Shown here: in pieces, positions 44,151-56,728 of the stretch
Layout of the letters: each line of letters begins with the position of its first letter
How positions within the stretch are numbered: the first letter of the stretch is position 1
Assembly: GCA_965213925.1 (NCBI GenBank)
Contig: OZ243927.1
Span: 3,488,001 to 3,552,000 of the forward strand
Source: Trueperaceae bacterium
Lineage (GTDB): Bacteria; Deinococcota; Deinococci; Deinococcales; Trueperaceae
DNA: 64,000 bases
Direction: 5' to 3'
Program-made: the position numbers and the translations under genes
Notes under the pieces: generated by a model
The model's database searches: none
Told to the model about the DNA's origin: nothing
The model's input: the letters and a program-made list of their open reading frames with translations, nothing else

Positions 44151-44675
44151 TTAGCGAACGCGGCTGTACGCCGCTTCGGTCTCGGCGGCGGCCTCTTGCA
44201 CCGCCTTAGGAAATTCGGCGGCGATACCCTCCAAGACGCGCTGCGCGGTGAAGTGAATCATCTTCATGAGCGCCTGTCCGCCCCACTTCTCGGGCTGCGG
44301 CAAATCCAGGTGGATCGTAATGTCGAAGTTGTATTCGACGTGGCTGCCGTTCGGTAGGGGACGTACGTGAGCCTCACCGGCGACTTCCGCCCAGCCCATT
44401 TTAGGCTCGGCAGGGGAACGGGGCTCGAGCCGCGCTCCTCTCGCGTTCGGAAGGAGCACGCTCTCAAAGCTGAGGTCGTGCTGCCCGAAAAGCGCCGCGT
44501 TGATAGGGATGCTCGCGCTGACCTCTTGCGTGCCCTGTGGACCTGGCACAACCGTCAAGTCGCGGATGAACTGTGCTTTGCTTAAACTTTGCTGCGCGTC
44601 CTGCACGAACGCCACCGCCTCACGCTGGGCGAGCGAGAGGTCAAACGCGAAGTGGACGGTGTGGGTGAGCTTCAT
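44151..44675 (-). CDS. DUF3809-like protein (SRPBCC-like)
   Basis: EKWGGQAL.KM motif. Adjacent to the DUF3248-like gene. Confidence 0.65.
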   Translation of the reverse strand: MKLTHTVHFAFDLSLAQREAVAFVQDAQQSLSKAQFIRDLTVVPGPQGTQEVSASIPINAALFGQHDLSFESVLLPNARGARLEPRSPAEPKMGWAEVAGEAHVRPLPNGSHVEYNFDITIHLDLPQPEKWGGQALMKMIHFTAQRVLEGIAAEFPKAVQEAAAETEAAYSRVR

Positions 44676-44760
44676 GTGATTCCCTTCACGTATAAGTATA
44701 CGTCAAAAGAGCGGCGAAAGGAGCGGTCGGCGCCACGAACCTCAGTGAGGACGCTGGGCT

Positions 44761-45033
44761 TCATGAGGAGCGTTGCCCCACCCACTCGACGCACACATCG
44801 CCCTCTTTAGCCGCCTCCTCTAACTCTTGGTCGGTCGCATTTCTGAGCTTCGGCAAGTCGCTAAACAGCCCCGCGCTCATGGCAAAGCCGACGCGCACCA
44901 CCACCGGACCGTCGTCGCTCGTACGCCCGATGCGCCAGACGAGTTGCGAGGCGAGCGCGTTCAAGGTTTTGGCGTCGAGGTCGCCCCGGCTGAGCGCGTC
45001 GCCTACGAGTTGGTTTAGGTCGGCTTCAGACAC
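44761..45033 (-). CDS. DUF3248-like protein
   Basis: LVWRIGR...VVRVG...LP.LRN...VEWV pattern. Confidence 0.7.
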   Translation of the reverse strand: MSEADLNQLVGDALSRGDLDAKTLNALASQLVWRIGRTSDDGPVVVRVGFAMSAGLFSDLPKLRNATDQELEEAAKEGDVCVEWVGQRSS

Positions 45034-45310
45034 GAGCGGTTTCCTTACACACGTTTTTTCCTCCCCTTAATCCTCTAGAGCCTAGCATGAAGGTCGTGCG
45101 CAATGTGGAGGTACTCTGCGCACACAAATGGTAGCTTGCTACATAGCGTAGCGGTGTGCGGGCGTTCGCCTCCGTTGTTCTCGTTGTTCTAAGGATGCTC
45201 CGGACACCCATTCAGATATCTAGGTCGCGTAGCCACAACGATTTAGCGGCTCGAGGATGCTCGGGGCCGAATAAGGCTAACTAAGCCAACAGAAAACAAG
45301 GACGTAACCC

Positions 45311-46240
45311 ATGACCCAACCCTCAAAACCGCAAACCCGAACCGGTGTCACTACCGCTCGCTCCCCCAGAGACTACGGCGTGCTGCTCCTCAAAGGCTTT
45401 GCGATGGGCTGCTTCGACATCGTGCCGGGCGTGTCCGGCGGGACGATGGCGCTCATTCTAGGCATCTATAGAGAGCTTATCGAGAGCATCCGGGCACTCG
45501 GACAGCCGCCCTTTCTAGGTGCCGTGTTCCGCTTGGAGTTCGCTAAAGCAGTCACGTTCGTCAATTGGCGCTTTCTCGTGGCGCTAGGCGCGGGCATCGC
45601 TCTGGCGGTCTTTACGCTCGCGAACGTTTTAGAGCACCTCTTGAGCACGCAGGCTACCTTCGTGTGGAGCTTCTTTTTCGGACTCATCGCCGCCTCGGTC
45701 ATCACGGTGAGCGCGCGGGTGGAGCGTTGGCGCGTTCACATCATCGCGGCGTTCGCGTTCGGCGCGGTGTTCGCGTTCTTTCTGGTCGGTTTGACGCCCG
45801 CGCAGACGCCGGAGTCCACCCTCTTTTTGATGCTCTCGGGCGCGCTCGCGGTCTGCGCGCTAATTCTGCCCGGTATTTCGGGCGCGTTTATCCTCGTGCT
45901 GTTAGGGAAATACACCTACGTATTGGGGGCGCTCAGCAGTTTGAACATCCCCGTCATCCTCGCGGTCGGCTTCGGCGCGGTGATTGGGCTCGTCTCCTTT
46001 TCGCAGGTGCTGGGCTGGCTCTTTCGGCGTTACCCGGACCTGACGATTGCCCTTTTGTGCGGCTTTATGCTCGGGTCGCTGCGCAAGGTGTGGCCCTTCA
46101 AGGACGGGACCGCGCTCGAACTCGCTGAGGGTCTCGGCGTCAACACCCTGCCCCCGATGGGCGTCGAATTCGTCCTCGCGCTCCTGCTAGCAGCGCTAGG
46201 TTTCGGGCTCGTCTACCTCTTGGATCAACCTACACGCTAG
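45311..46240 (+). CDS. DUF368 family membrane protein (putative undecaprenyl-phosphate translocase)
   Basis: DIVPGVSGGTMALILGIY and ILPGISG motifs. Confidence 0.9.
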   Translation: MTQPSKPQTRTGVTTARSPRDYGVLLLKGFAMGCFDIVPGVSGGTMALILGIYRELIESIRALGQPPFLGAVFRLEFAKAVTFVNWRFLVALGAGIALAVFTLANVLEHLLSTQATFVWSFFFGLIAASVITVSARVERWRVHIIAAFAFGAVFAFFLVGLTPAQTPESTLFLMLSGALAVCALILPGISGAFILVLLGKYTYVLGALSSLNIPVILAVGFGAVIGLVSFSQVLGWLFRRYPDLTIALLCGFMLGSLRKVWPFKDGTALELAEGLGVNTLPPMGVEFVLALLLAALGFGLVYLLDQPTR

Positions 46241-47186
46241 GCGCGGTCCGCTTCGCAACTTTGGACGCGCCCGTCACGCGCCTCGCGTCCTCGGTACCGA
46301 GTACGTCCTCTTCGCCTTGAAAGATGGCTCGCAAAACCTCCGCCCCGCGCACCACACGCGGCCCGGGGCGGCTGAAGTAGCTGTTCGCGTCGCACGCCCA
46401 AACCTGCTGCGATTGGATGGCAGGTAAACCGCGAATTTCAGAACGGGCGTAAAGGGCTTCGGCAAATTTGATGTTCTTTGCTAAGTCATAACCACACGCC
46501 ATCACCACAATGACGTCGGGCGCGCCTTCGGCGATGTCTGCCCAGGTGGTGCGCTTGGACTCGCTTCCGGGCGTGCCTAAGATGTCCTCACCGCCCGCCA
46601 CATGGACCATCTCGGGGACCCAGTGACCGCCGTAAAAGGGCGGGGTGCTCCACTCGAGCATCAGCACTCGAGGCTTGTGTCCTAATTTCAAAGAGGTCGC
46701 GCTGAGCGCGTTCCACCTCTCCCTCAAGGAGGTGATGAGCGCTTCCGCTTCCCTCTCCCTCCTCGTCGCTAACGCGAGCGTCTCGATATCGCGCAAGATG
46801 CCCTCGAAATTCATCCCGCTAAATGAAAGCGTTTGGGCTTCTTCGGGCAAGCACTCAGGCAAGAACTTCAGGGTCGCTTCCACCGCTCCCAAGCCGACCG
46901 CGCAGACGTCGCAAACGCCTTGCGTCACGATGAGGTCGGGCGCGAGCTGCGCGAGCATGTCTCCGTCGATCTGGTAGAGCGCTCTGCCCGCTTGCACCGC
47001 CTCGTTGACCGCCGTGTCAATACCTTGCGGGTCCAAACCTCCCGGCAAGATGCTGCTCGTAATTCGTGGCAACCGCTCGACACCCTTAGGATAGTCACAC
47101 TCGTGACTGACGGCGACGAGGTTGCCTTCAAGTCCTAGTGCGCAGACGATTTCCGTGGCGCTAGGAAGCAAGCTGACAATCTTCAT
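46230..47186 (-). CDS. Cobalamin-binding/BtuF-like protein (no signal peptide)
   Basis: MKIVSLLPSATEI, SHECDYP, TQ..CDVCAV and FSRPGPR motifs. Confidence 0.85.
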   Translation of the reverse strand: MKIVSLLPSATEIVCALGLEGNLVAVSHECDYPKGVERLPRITSSILPGGLDPQGIDTAVNEAVQAGRALYQIDGDMLAQLAPDLIVTQGVCDVCAVGLGAVEATLKFLPECLPEEAQTLSFSGMNFEGILRDIETLALATRREREAEALITSLRERWNALSATSLKLGHKPRVLMLEWSTPPFYGGHWVPEMVHVAGGEDILGTPGSESKRTTWADIAEGAPDVIVVMACGYDLAKNIKFAEALYARSEIRGLPAIQSQQVWACDANSYFSRPGPRVVRGAEVLRAIFQGEEDVLGTEDARRVTGASKVAKRTAPSV

Positions 47187-47481
47187 GAGGCTCCTTTCTT
47201 CTCGAGAACGAGTAGGGAATTATACGGCTTCGGACTCGTTATTGCACAAATTCCGCTATGAAAATTCGCTTTCCTAGTTCGCTTCAGCACCTCCGAACGA
47301 GCAACTCGCTAAGCGCGCGATGAGAAGAGTGGGATAGAAAATTGAGCCATAAAAATCTCACAGTTTGGCGTACTCAGAGGCTTTATAGAGAGGTGTGAAA
47401 AACGTTAAATATGCGTGGGTGAGGAAATATCGAGGCGTAAATGACCCGCTCGAACCTGCTTTAGAACTCTAAACTAGAGAG

Positions 47482-48486
47482 GTGAACAGGCTCAGCATTC
47501 AGCGGTACGTCAAAGACATCACCCGCGCTCTACCCGCCGAAGAGCGAGACGAACGCCAAAGAGAACTTAGGCGCGAGCTTAGTCTGTTGGCGGATGCTTA
47601 CTTGGAGCGCGGCAAAACTTCAGCCGAAGCCGAGCGAGCGGTCATCGCGCACTACGACCCAACTTACGCGAGCATGGCGGGAACCAAGGTGCGGCAAGAG
47701 GTCGCGCTTTCGCTCGTTATGGTTGCTGCGCTAAGCCTTTTAGCCGTAGCCGCGCCGCAGGTGCTCAGACTCATCAACCAGCCGTTTCAACTCGCCTCGA
47801 GCGCTTCACCTGACGGGACAGCCCATATCTACATGGTGCAAGACGCCATTTCAGCAGGGGTAGGAACGTTCCAAACGGCTGAGTTGACCTTACCAGAGCA
47901 AACGAGGTCGTACGCGCTCTTTCTAATGCAAGGCGATACCCTCATCTCCGCCGCCTCGGGAACACTTCTATCAGAAAGAGATAAAGACGCGCTAACCGTC
48001 GTCTTTGGACCGACGTACGCGACGAACTACCGCTGCGGGTCAGAGGCGCGAAGTCTATATACAGCAGTTTTACGTAGCAGTATGCGTCCCGCTGTGAGCT
48101 TTATGTGCTATAGCGACGTAGGTGCGCCCAGGGATGCACCCTCAGACGCTGTTCCCTACCTCGCGCTGTACGATTCTCTCTTCACAGAGCCGCCCCGCCG
48201 ACTCACACCAGGGGGAGAAGCGGACGCCGCATTCGAAATATGGACGCCGCTCATGGCTTACTTTGAAAGACCTTATGGCTGGCGTGACGAAACGCCTGAA
48301 AGCTTCCACTTCGAGAGCGCTCCTGTCGAGAGGTGGTACGTGCTTTATTTCATGCCCCTCGCGGGTATGGTGGATGTGACGACGCTCGAGCCCCCCTCTT
48401 TGCAGGCGACCTTGGCGTCAGAAGACAACCTCTTGTCCCGCTGGAGCGAGATCAAAAAAGGCTTGAAGTCCGCGCCACAACCCTGA
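47482..48486 (+). CDS. Hypothetical protein with permease-prefix/HAAS-like N-terminus and one TM
   Basis: YV..I.RALP..ER...EL...L......ERG.T..EAE..AV pattern followed by a TM helix. Confidence 0.6.
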   Translation: MNRLSIQRYVKDITRALPAEERDERQRELRRELSLLADAYLERGKTSAEAERAVIAHYDPTYASMAGTKVRQEVALSLVMVAALSLLAVAAPQVLRLINQPFQLASSASPDGTAHIYMVQDAISAGVGTFQTAELTLPEQTRSYALFLMQGDTLISAASGTLLSERDKDALTVVFGPTYATNYRCGSEARSLYTAVLRSSMRPAVSFMCYSDVGAPRDAPSDAVPYLALYDSLFTEPPRRLTPGGEADAAFEIWTPLMAYFERPYGWRDETPESFHFESAPVERWYVLYFMPLAGMVDVTTLEPPSLQATLASEDNLLSRWSEIKKGLKSAPQP

Positions 48487-48498
48487 AAACACGACCCT

Positions 48499-48529
48499 AA
48501 AAAAGAGGCTCCTTCGCGGAGCCTCTTTT
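48499..48529. terminator. Bidirectional intrinsic terminator
   Basis: AAAAGAGGCTCC-TTCGC-GGAGCCTCTTTT between convergent genes. Confidence 0.88.
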
Positions 48530-48545
48530 CATTTGCTTGATTGTC

Positions 48546-50936
<2,391 letters not shown>

Positions 50937-51052
50937 GAAAGTATTAGACCGCACACGCACCCGTTTCACCGTAAGGTGGCTAACGCCAGGGCGAGGGGAA
51001 ATCTAACAGTGAGGAGGTCAATAGTCAGCAAACAGTAGTCAGAATCAGCATT

Positions 51053-51589
51053 CTACTGTCTACTGACGACCTCTAACCTCTTCACCGCCTCCTCAACCGT
51101 CTCGGCTGTGCGGACGAGGTCCGCCTCTACGCCTAACTCGTCCCCTAGAAAACGGACGACCCGCGCCCACCTCTCCCCCACCACGACGAGCGGTTTTGCC
51201 TCTACCTCGGCAAACGGCGCGACGTACGCGAGGTTCCACGCCACCATGATTTCGGTGAGCGTGCCGAGCGAGCCGGGCAGCGCGACGGCGGCGACGCTCA
51301 TCTCGGTCAAGAGGTGGATGCGCTCTAAGAGGTGCGGCGCTTCGACCTCTTCGGTGACGTAACCGTTGGCACCAGAACGAGACTTGAACACATCTGGCGC
51401 GGTCACGCCAATGACCTCTCCGCCCGCTTCACCTGCACCTTTGCTCACGGCTTCCATGCTGCCGCCGTAGCCGCCCGTCGCGACGGTATACCCCCGCTCG
51501 GCGAGGCGTCTGCCGAGGGTTTCCGCCTCGAGCCACTCGCCCGAGCCGGGCTGGGTGCTCGAGCTGCCGAACACGCTGACGACCTTCAT
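51053..51589 (-). CDS. LOG family protein
   Basis: VFGSS, TGGYGGSM and PGSLGTLTE motifs. Confidence 0.88.
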   Translation of the reverse strand: MKVVSVFGSSSTQPGSGEWLEAETLGRRLAERGYTVATGGYGGSMEAVSKGAGEAGGEVIGVTAPDVFKSRSGANGYVTEEVEAPHLLERIHLLTEMSVAAVALPGSLGTLTEIMVAWNLAYVAPFAEVEAKPLVVVGERWARVVRFLGDELGVEADLVRTAETVEEAVKRLEVVSRQ

Positions 51590-52524
51590 GACTTTAGCCT
51601 TTGCCTCAGCCCTTGCAGCCGCGCGACCTCTGCGCGCATCCCCGCGTCCTGAACCTCTCGGCTGACGGCTTCGACCTCTTGCGAATCTGAGACAAGTTCT
51701 AACCGCGCCACCTTCGCCCTTAGCGCTAGGGGACGGTGCGGCGCGTTCTCCGCTTCGTGCTCGCTCTGCTGAAGTAATGTAACCTCTTCTTTCGCCAGTC
51801 CTAGAGAGAGAAGCGCCCGCGCTTTGCCTACCGAGTCATCCGCCGCATGAGCGCGGCGAAGCGCCTTCTCGCCTACCTCGACCGCCTTCTTAGGATAGTC
51901 CCACGCGACGTGCGCCTGTGAAAGTCCGGCTAAAGGGGCGACGGAGAGGGATTCAAAGCTCGAGAGTTCGGTCAGCCCCAGCCCCTTGCCGAACAGCTCG
52001 ATGGCCGCTTGCGCTTCGCCTTCGTCCAACGCCAACTCGCCCTGCGCACAGAGCGCGGCAATCGCCAGTGCCCCGTCGCGCTCCGTCTTCGCCTTGTGGA
52101 ACGCCCGCGTGAGGTGCCCCGCCGCCTCTTCGAATTCGCCCAGGTAGCGCAGCGCGTTGCCGAGTTGCAGCGCGGTGTAGCCGTTGTCGGCAAGTTCTAG
52201 CGCGTCATAGAGCTTATTGACAGCACCTTGCAGATTTCCCAAGCGGATGTGCGCCGCGCCTATGCGGGTGAGGAGCATAGGGATTTTGCTCTTGTCGGAG
52301 GACTCGAGCCTCTTCGCCGCGCCTTCTAAGAGGTCACCCCCCTCCTCCAAACGTCCAGCTCGCCACAAGCCGAGCGCGACCTTGGGGGCGTGCTGGACCT
52401 CTTCTTTAGCGATGGCTACGGCTTGCTCGAGCTTGGCGTTCGCCTCACCCAGACGGTTTTGCGAGCGCAACGTTTCGGCGTCGGCGAGGAGGGTCTCGAG
52501 GGGTTCGTCCACGCTACCCATCAT
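51586..52524 (-). CDS. Tetratricopeptide-repeat protein
   Basis: Repeated helical A/G/L TPR patterns. Confidence 0.75.
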   Translation of the reverse strand: MMGSVDEPLETLLADAETLRSQNRLGEANAKLEQAVAIAKEEVQHAPKVALGLWRAGRLEEGGDLLEGAAKRLESSDKSKIPMLLTRIGAAHIRLGNLQGAVNKLYDALELADNGYTALQLGNALRYLGEFEEAAGHLTRAFHKAKTERDGALAIAALCAQGELALDEGEAQAAIELFGKGLGLTELSSFESLSVAPLAGLSQAHVAWDYPKKAVEVGEKALRRAHAADDSVGKARALLSLGLAKEEVTLLQQSEHEAENAPHRPLALRAKVARLELVSDSQEVEAVSREVQDAGMRAEVARLQGLRQRLKS

Positions 52525-52567
52525 ACCGTGAGAAGAGCGCTGCGCCGCGCGCCCTTCGGCAGCCGGG

Positions 52568-53641
52568 TCAGGCTCTCTCCAGGAGCGCCTCCGCCTCCGC
52601 CCGGCTGAACCCGACCTCTTCCCCCGCCGCCAAAATACCGTCCCACGCTCTGTCCGCTAGTGGAATCCCTTCACGCTGCCGCGTCTCTTTTGCGCGCCGT
52701 TCGGGGTCGCCGGGGGACAGGACAGGGTTGTCGGGGTCAGCAGGCGGTGACGCCTTGAAATACTCTATCGTCGCGTCGATTTCGGCGCGCATCCAGGGGA
52801 TATCGACGAGTTTCGCGGGGTCAAGCACGAAGGTAAGCATGTTGTTCACGATGCTGCCTTGCCGCTCGTGACCCGGCTGAATCGTGCCGCCGCCCGATAA
52901 AACGCCGCCCAAAAGCTCACAGAAGAGCGCTAAGCCGTAGCCCTTGTGGTCACCGAGAGGTAAGAGCGCGCCGTAAGGCTCGCTGAACATCACGTTGGGG
53001 TCGTTCGTCGGCTTGCCTTGCCCGTCCAAGAGCCTGCCGTCATCGACTTGGACGCCTTTGTTCATCGCCACGCGCGTTTTTCCCAGTGCGATTTTGCTCG
53101 TCGCCATGTCTAAAAGCAGCGGCTCGCTCTCGTCGCCGCCGGGCATAGCGATGCAAATTGGGTTCGTGCCGAAGCGAGCGTCCGTGCCGCCGAAAGGTGC
53201 CACGAGCGGGCGGTGGTCCGTGACGTTGACGAAGTGGAGCGAGACCAAACCCGCGTCAATGCTCCGCTCGCCGTACGTGCCGATACGCCCGATATGGTGC
53301 GCGTTGCGCAGGCTCATGAGCACTAAGCCCGTTTCCTTGCAGCGTTCGGTCGCGGCGTCCATCGCCTCCAACGCCACTCTTTGCCCATAGCCCCTACGTC
53401 CATCGAATACGAGGATGGACCCCTCATCCTTGACCTTTTCCACTTTCGTATTTGGTTTGAGCAGCCCCGCTTTAAGGTGCTTGACGTAGGTCGGAATCAT
53501 CCCGACGCCGTGCGAGTCGTGCCCGGCGAGGTTCGCTCTCACCAAGTGGTCTGTCACAAGCTCGGCTTCGTGCTCGTCGCTGCCGCCCGCCATGATGATG
53601 TGGCGGACAACGTCGCGGAGGTGCGGTTCGGCAATTTGCAT
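52568..53641 (-). CDS. Malate/lactate/ureidoglycolate dehydrogenase family (Ldh_2, YbiC-like)
   Basis: GHDSHG, HHIGRIG, GTNP, LDMATS and HKGYGL motifs. Confidence 0.92.
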   Translation of the reverse strand: MQIAEPHLRDVVRHIIMAGGSDEHEAELVTDHLVRANLAGHDSHGVGMIPTYVKHLKAGLLKPNTKVEKVKDEGSILVFDGRRGYGQRVALEAMDAATERCKETGLVLMSLRNAHHIGRIGTYGERSIDAGLVSLHFVNVTDHRPLVAPFGGTDARFGTNPICIAMPGGDESEPLLLDMATSKIALGKTRVAMNKGVQVDDGRLLDGQGKPTNDPNVMFSEPYGALLPLGDHKGYGLALFCELLGGVLSGGGTIQPGHERQGSIVNNMLTFVLDPAKLVDIPWMRAEIDATIEYFKASPPADPDNPVLSPGDPERRAKETRQREGIPLADRAWDGILAAGEEVGFSRAEAEALLERA

Positions 53642-53901
53642 GGAAGCTCCTTTTGAGGTCTCGCTCGGTTGACTTGACGTAGGAGCAGAATAACGCAAAA
53701 GTCAGGCGCGTTGCCCGTAAGTTCATACCGGTGTCACACCTTTCAGCAGAACCTCCGTGAAATTTCCCATCTACTTCTCGAGACGTAGAGTTTCTTACTC
53801 GCTCTGCGGCGCGTGTGACGGTATAACAAACGAGTGCTAAAGCCTTCACAATACGTTCATCATTTAGCACCTTGGGTCTTGAGAGAGGGTAGCTAACGAC
53901 G

Positions 53902-56562
53902 ATGACGACAGAGCCACAGAAGAACGCGATTTTACGCAAAATCAAGGAGATTCGTAGCCAGCTCGCCGAACTCGAGTCCGGCGGCGACCTGCCCAACCTC
54001 TTCCGCCGAACGCTCGACGCAACCGATAACGTCATCTCGATCACCGACCCGAGCTTGCACGACAATCCGCTTATCTACGTCAATAAGCAGTTTGAGGAAC
54101 TCACGGGCTACACCTATGATGAGGTCGTCGGGCAGAACTGCCGCTTTCTGCAGGGCGATGACTTTGATCAGCCCGAGCTAGAGCGGCTGCGCGAGGCGAT
54201 TAAAAAAGGGGAGAACATCCGCGTCGAGTTGCGCAACTACCGCAAAGACGGCGAGATGTTCTGGAATGAACTCTATCTTACCGCCGTCCACGATGACAAG
54301 GGGCAGCTCAAGTACTTCTTCGGCGTGCAAAACGACATCACTGGACTTAAAAGCCTCTTCGAGAGCGAGCGCGACTTGCGCCAGGTGATGGGCAGCTTCA
54401 TGGCGTTTGCGGGGATGCTCTCTTTGGAGGGTGAAGTCTTGCGCGTGGACCAGAGCACGCTTAAAACTGCTGGACTTGATCTCGAGAATGTGCTCTACGA
54501 GCCTTTGGAGGAGACCGTCTGGTGGTCGCACTCTGAGGAGGTCAAAGGTCAGCTTAGGGAGGCGATTCAGTCTGGGAAGGACGGCAAGACCTGCCGCTCT
54601 GACCTCAAGATGCGTGTGGTAGGTGACGAGGGTGAGGAGAAGTTCATCACAGTGGACTTCTGCATCACGCCCCGCTTCGATTCGCAAGGTAAGCTCGCGC
54701 AGCTCATCGCCACGGGTATGGACGTCACCGAGCGCAAAGAGGCTGAAGAGGGCTTGCGCCGCCGCACCCGCGAGTTCGTGACGTTAGTCGAGAATACGCC
54801 CGACATCATCGCCCGCTTCAACAAGGACCTGTGCTACGTCTACGTCAACTCGGCGGTAGTCAAGGCAACCGGGCTGAGCGCGAACAAGATTATCGGACAA
54901 AGGCTCGAGGACTTCGACGAAACGGGCACGCACACGCTCTGGAACGGCGTACTGGAAGAGGTCTTTTGGAGCGGTAAGGAGACGGAGTTAGAGGTCCGCT
55001 ACCCTTCCTCTCACGGCGAACAGATTTACAACTGTCACTTCGTGCCCGAATGGAACGCGGCTGAGTCTCAAGAGGATAAAAACGAAAGTGCCGCCGCAGA
55101 ACCCAAAGAGGTCGATACCGTCTTGGTCATCAGCCGCAACGTCACCGCGCAAAAGCAGACCGAGGCGGCGCTCAAAGAGACGCAGAGTGAGCTTTTGAAG
55201 CAAATCAACGCGCTACGCGCGACGGAAGCCGAGCTGCAACGCGCCAACGAGCGGCTCTACCACGACGCTTTTCACGATTCGCTGACTGGGCTGCCCAACC
55301 GAGCCCTGTTCATGGACCGCCTCACGCAGATCATCAAGCACCAACGGCGCGAGCCTGAGCGAACTGCCGCCGTGCTCTTTCTGGACTTCGACCGCTTCAA
55401 AATCGTCAACGATTCGCTCGGACACGCCGCTGGAGACGCGCTCTTAGTCAGCGTCGGCGAGCGCCTCAAGACGTGCGTGCGCCCCGCCGACACCGTCGCC
55501 CGCTTGGGCGGCGACGAGTTCGCCATCCTCTTAGAGGACATCGAAAAGGCGCAAGCCGTTCAGGTGGCGCAGCGCATCATGGACGCTTTTACAGACCCCG
55601 TGAACGTCGAGGAACATAGCCTCCATACGAGCGCGAGCATCGGTGTGGTGACGAGCACCGGAGCGCATAGGAGCGCGAATGACGCGATGCGCGACGCCGA
55701 CATCGCCATGTACCGCGCCAAAGGGGAGAGCCGGGGCACCTACCGCGTCTTTAACGAGACCATGCACCGCCAAGTCGTCGCGACGATGTCTTTAGAAAAA
55801 GAACTCCACAGAGCGCTGGAGCACGAGGAGTTCAAAGTCGTGTATCAGCCGATCGTGGCAACCCGTAGCGGCGCGCTAAGGGGCTTCGAAGCGCTCCTCA
55901 GGTGGTCGCATCCGCAGCGCGGCGAGGTGCCGCCCGCCGACTTTTTACCCCTAGCCGAAGAGATGGGGCTCATGGTCAAGTTGGACCGCTACGTGTGGCG
56001 CACGGCCTGTCAGCAGGTAAAGGTGTGGCAAGAGCACCTCATCGCCCCCTTGGGGCTCTCCCTCAACCTCTCATCACAGCACGCGCTCTACCCGGACCTC
56101 ACGGGGGAACTCAACAGCATTTTATGCAGCACCGGCTTTAGCGCGTCGCAGCTCACCCTGGAGATCACCGAGGGCGCGCTGATCGACGCTTCACAAAGCG
56201 TCCGCAACACCTTCAAGGCGCTCAAGACGTTGGGCGTCAAGCTTCACCTGGATGACTTTGGCACAGGTTATTCGTCCCTATCCTACTTGCAGCGCTTTCC
56301 CGTAGACGCGCTCAAGATCGACCGCAGCTTTATCGACAACATGCAGCACCTAGAGGAGAGCGCCGAGCTGGTGCGCACCATCATCAACATGGCGCAGAAC
56401 TTGGGGCTAGAGGTCATCGCCGAAGGCGTGGAAAATGAGCTGCAACTGGAGCAGCTGAGGCGCTTAGGCTGCACCTATAGTCAGGGCTTCTTCTTCTCCA
56501 GACCGCTTTCTGAGGCGAGGGTGCTGCCTTTTATTGACCACATGCGGCAGGCGCTCTCGTAG
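53902..56562 (+). CDS. LOV-PAS-PAS-GGDEF-EAL c-di-GMP enzyme
   Basis: GQNCRFLQG (LOV), two PAS domains, GGDEF, EAL and DDFGTGYSS motifs. Confidence 0.95.
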   Translation: MTTEPQKNAILRKIKEIRSQLAELESGGDLPNLFRRTLDATDNVISITDPSLHDNPLIYVNKQFEELTGYTYDEVVGQNCRFLQGDDFDQPELERLREAIKKGENIRVELRNYRKDGEMFWNELYLTAVHDDKGQLKYFFGVQNDITGLKSLFESERDLRQVMGSFMAFAGMLSLEGEVLRVDQSTLKTAGLDLENVLYEPLEETVWWSHSEEVKGQLREAIQSGKDGKTCRSDLKMRVVGDEGEEKFITVDFCITPRFDSQGKLAQLIATGMDVTERKEAEEGLRRRTREFVTLVENTPDIIARFNKDLCYVYVNSAVVKATGLSANKIIGQRLEDFDETGTHTLWNGVLEEVFWSGKETELEVRYPSSHGEQIYNCHFVPEWNAAESQEDKNESAAAEPKEVDTVLVISRNVTAQKQTEAALKETQSELLKQINALRATEAELQRANERLYHDAFHDSLTGLPNRALFMDRLTQIIKHQRREPERTAAVLFLDFDRFKIVNDSLGHAAGDALLVSVGERLKTCVRPADTVARLGGDEFAILLEDIEKAQAVQVAQRIMDAFTDPVNVEEHSLHTSASIGVVTSTGAHRSANDAMRDADIAMYRAKGESRGTYRVFNETMHRQVVATMSLEKELHRALEHEEFKVVYQPIVATRSGALRGFEALLRWSHPQRGEVPPADFLPLAEEMGLMVKLDRYVWRTACQQVKVWQEHLIAPLGLSLNLSSQHALYPDLTGELNSILCSTGFSASQLTLEITEGALIDASQSVRNTFKALKTLGVKLHLDDFGTGYSSLSYLQRFPVDALKIDRSFIDNMQHLEESAELVRTIINMAQNLGLEVIAEGVENELQLEQLRRLGCTYSQGFFFSRPLSEARVLPFIDHMRQALS

Positions 56563-56657
56563 GGGAGTTCGCTCGAGAAATGATTTTATATTGCCCCACC
56601 ACTTTGAAGAGGTCGCAAAACGTCATATCATCTTAATGCGTAGAGGGAGTGTGCGGC

Positions 56658-56685
56658 GTAGGGGCGATTCATGAATCGCCCCTAC
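56658..56685. repeat. GTAG-type REP palindrome
   Basis: Perfect 28-bp palindrome GTAGGGGCGATTCATGAATCGCCCCTAC. Confidence 0.85.
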
Positions 56686-56728
56686 TGCATTCGCCTCCTT
56701 ACTGTGACTGATCGCTCTGGAAAAAGGT

